A stretch of DNA of 64,000 bases from Eledone cirrhosa (taxonomy: Eukaryota): positions 340,008,001-340,072,000 of the forward strand of contig OZ024740.1 in assembly GCA_964016885.1 (NCBI GenBank), given 5' to 3'. The notes beneath the pieces are model-generated. The model was given only the letters and a program-made list of their open reading frames with translations. It was not told where the DNA came from and searched no databases. The position numbers were made by a program, and so were the translations under genes. Of this stretch, positions 55,322 through 64,000 are shown piece by piece. Within the stretch, counting starts at the first letter, position 1. Every line of letters starts with the position of its first letter.

Positions 55322-56629
55322 AATATAGGATGCAGCTTCGGCAGTGTTATAATATATATATGTACATATATATATATATATGCAAAAAGTTAACAAGGAA
55401 AAACAACACAGGGTAACAATACAGTACAATGAAAATATATATTAGGAAAAGAGCCTTAACATTTCAAACAATAGCCCTTCATAAGATAGAATGAAAGGTA
55501 GAAGAATAAACAGAGAATCAGAAAAGACTAAGAAGAGGATAGCATCATCACCGTTTTACATCAATCTTTCCATGTTAGCATGGGTTAGATGAGTTGTCCT
55601 GTTGTGGGAAATTCTAGGTCAGGTGACCATGTCTTGCACATACAGAACTGATTTTGGCTTGGTTTCTACAACTGAATGCCCTTCCTAACACCAACCTCAT
55701 TTACAGTGAGTACTGGGTGCATTATATATGTGTGTGTGTGTGAAAATGGTAAATGGAAACAGCAAAGTAAACAACACAGTACAATGAAGAAATGGTTGAT
55801 ATGGTAGGAAAAGAGTCTTAATATTTTGAACACTAGTCCTTCATCAGTTGATAGAATGAAAAATAGATATTGTAAGATCTATCATTCCTTAAAACTCTCA
55901 AGCTACAAAATATACTATTTTCCATTTTATGTTTGTTTGTGGTCAAAGTTTTTTTATATATATTTATATATAATGTCTAAGCCTATTCAATAGTACCAAA
56001 TATGATACCGCACTAAGATCCAGATGTATGTCTAGCAATCTAACAAAACAAAAGAACTAATGACAAGCCTCTTTCCAAAAAAGGTTCTATAGATAATACC
56101 TCACTAGGAGATCTTAATGACACACACACATACAATGAAAGTGAAATGTAATATATATTCAAAATATATACAAGAGAGAAAATTACAATTGTTCATAAGA
56201 AGAAATAAAAATGTGGGTAGAAGACCCGCACCCTTAATCATGCACCACAATAAGGGATGTTGGAGCTCCCCACTGATAACTTTTGACACAGACCAACACA
56301 CTTGCAACATTACTGCAGGTGATATATGTATGAACAATGATTTTTTCTTTTGATAGATATGGAGAAGGATGCAGTGGTGCCAATGACCCTCATAGAGCCT
56401 CCAAGACAGGAGAGATTGATGTTGATGTTTCACTTACTCTCAGGTCCCAAATAATAGCAGGGGGTGGAATAAGTGGTGGGGTGAACATTTGCTTACATTC
56501 CAATAAGCGGGGCGGGGCAGGGCTGGAATAAACGGAGGTGTTGGGAAATCAGTAATTGTATAGTGTACGATTGTAAATATGAGATTTCTTGTAATATGAG
56601 ATTTTCTGTCATATATAATGTGTTTTTAT

Positions 56630-56820
56630 TAAGGGCGGTGAACTGGCAGTATCGGTAGAGGGTTGGACGCCATGCTTTCCAGCATAGTTACATCCCTTTA
56701 CAGTTTGAGTTCAAATCTCGTCGAGGTTAACTTTGCTTTTCATCCTTACGGGGTTTATAAAATAAAGTACCAGTAATGCACTGAGTAATTGCTGGCCTTG
56801 TGCCAAAAGTAGAAACAATT
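56630..56820 (+). mobile_element. tRNA-derived SINE
   Basis: GGCGGTGAACTGGCAG head, GAGTTCAAATCT B box, shared body; close copy on the minus strand at 60375-60540. Confidence 0.75.
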
Positions 56821-58761
56821 AATGTAAAATAAAATTATTATTAGATTCTCCAGCTGCTGTATCGATATGAATCACTTACAATAAAATTTCGCCAGACAGA
56901 TTAGCAAAACTTAATAAGAGTGTGTGTGGGGGTGGGGGGGTCTGAAAAATTAATAAGGGGGTGGGGAAGGACATTATTCAAGACCTGAGAATAAACTGTT
57001 GCAAACCAATTGATACGGGAAATATATGAGCAGAAAGAAAATGAGTTCTAGGAGGCCAACATTCTGGGCAGTAAGGACTAGGCATAGTGGTTAATGCAGG
57101 GCCTGAATGGCTGGACATAACATGTGGGGTAGGAGGAGACAAGTGAGTTGGGTGTATCTGAGTTGAGATGGCATGAGACCAGCAAACTCTGAAGAGCAGA
57201 GACCATTTTAATAGTCATAGAAGAAGCACATAAGTAGGCTAGATACTGGGGTTTATCTGGAAGTGACTTTATGTTAATTGGTCAAGTGGTTTTCTCTGCA
57301 TGCAGTCTAGAATGTTTGTGTGTGTAGCAGCAGCACCATCCCAGATGTGAGAGCACTTCATGGCTTTGCCTTTCATCCTTATGGGGTCAATAAGATAAAG
57401 CACCAGTAATGCACTGGGGTTGATTTAATCGACTTTTCCTTCCCCAGGAATTGCTGGCCTTGTGCCTAAATCTGAAACCATTATATAACATTATAGTTAA
57501 GATAGCAAATTCTCTATCACAAAAATAAGGCTTTCCCTTCAGGGCTAAAAAATACTTTGGAAGGTTGTTAACACTCTACAAACGTCAAGAGAGAGAGCCA
57601 TAGGGGAACATCAATCCCACATCTGGTACAGTGCTGCTACTTTACACAGAAACATCCTAGACCACATCCAATAGAAGGAAACTTGGCTGATTGGAAATGA
57701 TTTATAAACCAATATTTTATAATCTCTGACCTGCAAATGTGTTGTCTCTTTACTCTGAATATTCTACCACCTCTACAATGGCCTCTGCTCATCTAAACTA
57801 ATTAGTTGCTTATCACCACCACCACCACATAGGCCCACTAGACACACCCATCTCTTTCTTTCTCAACTTTTCTATGTCTCACTAACCATTATGCTCTCAA
57901 AAATATCAGTCCCTTCAAATATCCCTACAAGTCCACATTTTTCATGAAGACATTGACTTAAAGATTTTCACATTGAACATTAATTATATCACTAACTAAT
58001 CTAGAGTGCCTGTACACAGTACCTCTAAAAGCCTTTAGAAACTCACAATAAACATAGATTAAATCATACTACTGCAATTATTTTATTCCTTGCTTTAACC
58101 GCCAAGCAGTAATAGATTGGATTTTCATAAACATGGGTAGAAAACTTGAAGAAGAAATATGCCAGAACCATGAAAGATATTAATTACAGATATGACCACC
58201 AGTCCTCTAAATATGTTTGCAGTTTTGAGTATTCAGAATATGCCTTTTTTAGTCATTAGTCCCTCATATGTCATTTACAGTCTCCCTCATCATCATCGTC
58301 ATTATTTAATGTCTGTTTTCTCTGCTAGCAAGGGTTGGATGGATCATCACTGACAAATTCAGTACTGAAGGGGAGCCACTTCTCTCTTAGATATGCTGGG
58401 GCCTGCATCTCACTTACATAGTTCCTGCATTCTACAAAGAGTGCTGAGTGCATTTAAACTGGCCATATCCAGCCAGAATTCTCTCAACTCTTACCATTCA
58501 AACCAATTGTAACTGGCCGGCAATACTGATGTTAACGTATTGTTCTCAAAATAAATAATATCAAAATCTCATAGATTTGATATTACGTGAAATAATTATG
58601 TGAGGTGAAGCCTTTACCATGAAAATATAATAGTAAATATAGAGTAATGTAAATGCTACTTCATAGAAGGTCAGCTAAAACTATGCAGATTATGAGAAGT
58701 TACATCAAACAATAATAAAATATAATTTCAGAAGCTACATTTCTAAGGTTCAAATCCTAAC

Positions 58762-58881
58762 TTGTTTAAGAGTCTCTGATGTCTGAAGCTCCAGTGTAAC
58801 TAGACAGAATAACGTTGACAAATAGAAAGAAAAAAAGTACCATATCAACAAAATATTTGACATTACAGTTGAATGGCTCAT
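58762..58881 (-). CDS. Host gene first coding exon with signal peptide (MSHSTVMSNILLIWYFFSFYLSTLFCLVTLELQTSETLKQ)
   Basis: Poly-T plus cAG acceptor at 58951-52 (exon 58762-58950), ATGs at 58881 and 58863, hydrophobic core, CAA|GTTAGG donor in phase 0. Confidence 0.65.
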
Positions 58882-58955
58882 GACTTGATCATGGCAATTT
58901 ACTGACACTAGAATGACAAACTGACCAAAGTAATGGCTGACACATTTCAACTGCC

Positions 58956-58986
<31 letters not shown>

Positions 58987-61479
58987 ATTTTTTTACATCA
59001 TCATCGTTTTCTGAGATAACATTAATGCTGGAGAGAAATAAAGCAAGCTTCAATGGATGTGCAATATTAATGTGTGTGAATGATAAAGTATGGATGAGCT
59101 GAGAGAAAAACAGGATATAAGAGGAATCAGATGTAGTGTGTAAGAGTGAAGGCTATGCTAGTGTGGACATGTAATGCATTATAATGCATATGTATGATGA
59201 TCGTAGGGTAAAGTGCCAAGAAATCTCACTAGAAGGTAGCTGCAGTAGAGGAAGACTAAAGTTCAACCTGAATATCAACTACATAAACTTCACTAGTTTA
59301 GGGAGACTTGTGAAGGTCCATGAGCACTTCCCTACCCATGTAATTAAATAACAGAGGGAGGAAAAAAGAGATATATTACAGAGCTCCACCTGGTGTGTGA
59401 TAGTGTATACATGTTATCTGTTATAAACAGTAATATATCAATATAATGTTGGGTTCAATATCGAATCCAGGCAACATGTATCCTTCAGCAAAGCACTTCA
59501 TTTTACATTGTTCCAGTCTATTCATCTGAAAATGAACACCAGCATTGGCTGGAGGTTAATCTTGCAATAGACTGGTGTCCCATTCAAGGGAAAGTACTTA
59601 ACACCACATTAAACCTGGATATGCTCTGGCTAAAAAAGGCTTTCACATCTGTAGTTGTACATGTATTTATGTAGAGTCATGTATATAAAGGTATGTGCAA
59701 TGTGCACCTATAAATACAAATGCACAAATCAAACTGCTAACAATGAGAGAAGACTTTAGAAGGATCAGCTAGGGTGATGGTGGAATGAAGGCCACAGCCT
59801 GCTTGGCTGGCTTCCTACAATTAAGAGAGGTGTTTATGTTTTACTATTTAGCCAGTGGGTGAAAGGTAGTGCCTATGACTGGTGAGGGTGAGGGAGAAAG
59901 TATTCTCAAACCAGGGACCTGGCTCAAATGCTTGTAACAGAGTGTTCTCTGCTAAAAAAAACACAAAGACCAGGTGGTGATGTTAAACAAAGCAATCAAT
60001 TAAGCCTACCACCCAATTATTACTGGACAGCTTCTTGCCTGATGCTCCAGCAATTCTGCTAATCCACCTCTTTGGATTGGTACTTTATTTTATCAACTCC
60101 AAAAGAATGAAAGGCAAAACTGATCTCAGCAGAATTTGAACATAATTAAGTGACATAACTAGTGAATAAGGTGGATCTCAAGACAGTATAGAATCTAGAT
60201 AAGATAGTATAAGTGGTAATCTATGGCATGTGGTCTGTAACATGATGCTTCTAATTGTTGAAACAGTGTGGTATGGCTGGAACCTGAATCTTAATAAAAC
60301 TGTTCTATTTCATTATTGGTTGAAAAGACAGATTTATTTTAAAGAAAATAATAATTATATTATAATTATTTCTAGTTTTGGCACAAGGCCAGCAAATACC
60401 CAGTGCATTACTGGTACTTTATTTTATCGACCCCGTAAGGATGAAAAGCAAAGTTAACCTTGGCACGATTTGAACTCACAGTGGCAAGGGCCGTAACTAT
60501 GCGTCAAAGCCTAGTGTCCAACCCTCTACTGATACTGCCAAAGATATTACCATGGTACAGGGGGGAATATTTTAAAGAATTAAAGTCAGCTCTGGCACAT
60601 TTTCCCAAAAAGATTGTTCATTCCTTTAATAGAATTATTAATGAATTGGAGTTTCAAGAAATGGTAAAGGTTGTGTGGTAATGGTGGTATCAGGGTTGGC
60701 ACTACCATTAGGCCAAATAAGCAGCCAGTTAGAGCACAGACTTTAGAGAGATGTATTACTGAACCTTAAGGAATTACAATTTTATACAAATTTGTATAAT
60801 TAACTTGAATATATAATTTCTTGCAATCAATAAATAAATAAATCACTCAAATTATTTGCCATGTAGCCACATTGAGGAGCTATCCAAAGTGGTGGAGAAG
60901 GTCCTAAGGTATTATGCTCTGTAACTTAGTTTGAAACTCGGTTTGTCAGCTTGCCAAACTTTAAGTTAAAATTATTTTATTTGAGAGAATAGGGTGTGCA
61001 CAATATGACTAGCCTAAGGTACTAAATACATATGTACCAGCCTAGTGTGGTGGTGTGTATAAATTAGTGTATATAGATACATCAACTATGAAAATCTCCA
61101 CTATTCCTGCCCACCTGCCATCCTAATATGACATAGAAATGTTATTGATTTGGTTAACCTAGCTTGATTCATAGCAACATAAGACTGAGAAATTATCAAA
61201 TTAATCCCATTATAATACTGAATATTTATTCAAGAAGAATATATAAACAGCAGGTCAATTCTGGCAGGATTTGAACTCAGAATGTAGAGGAATGAAGTTA
61301 AGTACTTTAAAACATTTAGTTAGAATCATTCCCACCTTTATCAATTCATATTTCTCTTAGAACAAAAAAATTATGAATTATGTATATACATATAACATAT
61401 ATAAGCGTATATATGCAAATATATGTAGATATATATCTTCATGAACAATTGTGTGCCAGAGTATACCAGAATACATAAA

Positions 61480-61985
61480 AATAAGATTAGGTATATGTAC
61501 ACCATTTGTTCAGATATTTGTATAGTATTGGAACCATTCAATGTGGATATAGACTCTGCCAAGGGTGTGTACTGTCACCTGTTCATAATCTGTATGAATA
61601 GGATGACATGCACAGTAGGTTAGAAATGATATCAGGACTGGCAGGTGTAGGATCAGTTGGCTGTAATTTGCAGACAACATGATACTACTTGTCTCATCTA
61701 AAAGTGATCTCTGACATGCACATACAATTGATAGGTTGTTGCTGAGTGCTGCATAGCTGGAATGAATATCAGTGCTGTGAAGACTGAGAGAGACACTTGT
61801 TCTCTCATAGAGGACTGCACAATGCACTCTACTTGTGAGAGGAATTCCATTGATGCAGGACCATTTCCACAAGTGCTGAAAGTCAGCAGGCTGAATTAAA
61901 TGCAAGAATTGCAGAAGCTGGTACAGTAATGTTCCAGCTTCAGCACTCAGTCATCAGAAAAAAGGAGGTATGTGTAAAAGCCAAA
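61480..61985 (+). mobile_element. Old RTE-type RT fragment
   Basis: FADNMILLVSS..AGMNIS..KTE remnant. Confidence 0.55.
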
Positions 61986-62044
61986 CTCTGATAACAAATT
62001 GTGGCTAATAACTGAAAGAATTTGATCTGCAATCACAGTCCAAA

Positions 62045-63490
62045 ATTCACTACCATACAGCATCACACTTCACACAAAGGCATCATACAGTCGACCTTTT
62101 ATATATAGGGAAAAGCCTTTTGTGGTCACCAGTGGAAGTAGCTCTAAACTTTTTCCATCCTATCCTTGTTCTAGTTATTATGCTCTCATCACTCCTTCCT
62201 CCATTGCTAATTAAGCCACCTAGATAGCAGAAGCTATCAACCACTTCTATGGGCCTTTCCTGTGATTAGAAAAAGTTTATATCACTGGTGTTCATCCTCC
62301 AGTTACCCCTGTGCATCTTCTACACACAAAGTCTTCCCTTCCTGTTAGTCTACCCGTTATCCCACTACACCACTTTCGTACCCAAAATTTACATTGTGTA
62401 CATCATATGGGGTTTATGTCTACACTCTTTCTACATACTGTGCAGGACCTTTTCCCTGAAGGAAATAGGTCCTATCTTCTCTCTATAAATGTGTGTGTGT
62501 GTACATCATACATGAAACAAGATGTATCAAATGTTCAACTGGCTTCCTAGAAGTAGTTAACTAGGTGACCAAATTAGAAGTGGAGATAGGTGTTCTGAAA
62601 ATACAGTAGCCAGAGTGAGAACCAGCTGGGAAAAGTTCAGGGTGCTATTACTTCTATTGGTTATAAAGGGTTTCTCCCTCTGAGTGAAAAGCTGATTATA
62701 TGATTCTTGTGTGCAAACAGCAATACTGCATGAAAGTGTGACTTAGGCTTTGAGTGAAGTAGACTTGTAAATCCCGCCAAGGTCAACTTTGCCTTTCATC
62801 CTTTCGAGGTCAATAAAAAAGTACCAGTCTAGTAATGGGTCGATTCTTCCTCTATATCACTTTCTCACTCTCTATTCTTCTTTGGAAGAAATATGATGAA
62901 CTCAGGGCCGGAGAGGATTGGGCTCCACTGGGCTTAAAATGCTCAAGAAACAGCATATGCCAATACGGCACCCCTACGACTCCATCAGGAGTTACGGGAC
63001 AATACAATACCATACATGAAAAACAAAAAATCAATGAACTGGGAGAGTAAGTGAGTAGGAGAGGAGATTGTAATGGTATGGATATGTGATGTATATGGAG
63101 GATAACAGCTGCATAACAAAGTTGATAGAACCTATGGCAGAGGAAGACCTCAGAAAGCTTGTGATGATGAGGTGAAGGCTGACCTTATCAAGAAGATGAT
63201 AAGAATGAATTGATTAGTGTCTGTCATACTACAGAAGACTCCCTTTTTCACACAAGCATAGAGAAGATAGTAGTGAAGAAGCAGCGACGTGTGATTACAT
63301 TTAAGTTTCCGTCTGCTAGTATGCACCACTATCTTTAGACAGCTTGGTTGGTACTAGGAAGGACATCCAGCCATTGAAACCAAACCAAAAGCAAGACAGT
63401 CATCTGCCTGATCAGGCCTCAGTATGCAGCAATCTGTCTAACCTATGCAAGCATGGAAAATGAAAGTTAAACGGTGGTAATAATGATGAC
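62045..63490. mobile_element. Two decayed RTE fragments in opposite orientation (minus ~62045-62490, plus ~62560-63490) with a nested SINE piece
   Basis: SFCYLGG and ARVRTSWEKFR remnants; RTE 3' UTR ending in GAT-like repeats. Confidence 0.7.
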
Positions 63491-63506
63491 ATATGTATAC
63501 GATCAA

Positions 63507-63547
<41 letters not shown>

Positions 63548-64000
63548 GTAATCTGAGTTTTTCGAATTTTAATAATAATATTCGATTCGTTTGCAATTAT
63601 GAAAACTGCTTCTTTAATAAGCCATGTCAGTAGAATGAGCCCCTCATTCTCGATCTTGTGTTGGCATATATATATATGAATGTATGTATGTATGTATATA
63701 TATCACAGCACGTGTGTGTATGTGATCATATTCTGACAGCCATTGTTACCAGGACTATATAGGATCTTGTATAGAAATATGTAAACATCTTACATAGAAA
63801 AAGTATAGAGTAGTTTGTAAGGTATATTGGTACCGTTGGTAGGGGTCGAAACTGCCAAACACCATCTCAATAGCCGATAACTATGGACATCTATATCCCT
63901 CATTTGTAATTTTTTTTTTTTTTTCGTGTTTTAAAGTTTCCCCTTTAAAAACTGTTTTTCGTTTTGTTTTGTTTCCGTTCGTTGTCGTGTCCTCTCTTTG

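Noticed and set aside
62045-63490. Twin-priming 5' inversion of one RTE
   Set aside because: The two opposite fragments overlap in element coordinates and are diverged, so they are probably independent insertions.
63780-64000. Promoter or first non-coding exon of the host gene
   Set aside because: Slight CpG enrichment and possible donors, but no decisive motif; needs transcript data.

Overview
Eukaryotic, AT-rich, repeat-saturated DNA. The SINE, RTE-LINE and (TA)n/TACATG repertoire suggests an octopus or other cephalopod (inference). Most long entries in the ORF track are translation artefacts of microsatellites. Hidden among the repeats is one host gene on the minus strand. It has 8-9 small GT-AG coding exons from about 58881 down to a TAA at positions 1-3, all joining in frame. 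The product is a ~234-245 aa protein with a signal peptide and long amphipathic helices that aligns by eye with helices A-C of prolactin/growth hormone. Its introns hold several RTE-clade LINE families, most with a PHD-like C4HC3 finger inside the RT region. They also hold a near-intact 3.3-kb RTE with an 11-bp TSD, a decayed L1/Tx1 LINE interrupted by a non-autonomous tRNA-Trp-primed LTR element, Penelope-type foldbacks carrying hammerhead motifs (one canonical), non-autonomous Helitrons, piggyBac-, mariner- and hAT-type MITEs, tRNA-derived SINEs and a 19-bp minisatellite. All family assignments were made by eye; no searches were run.
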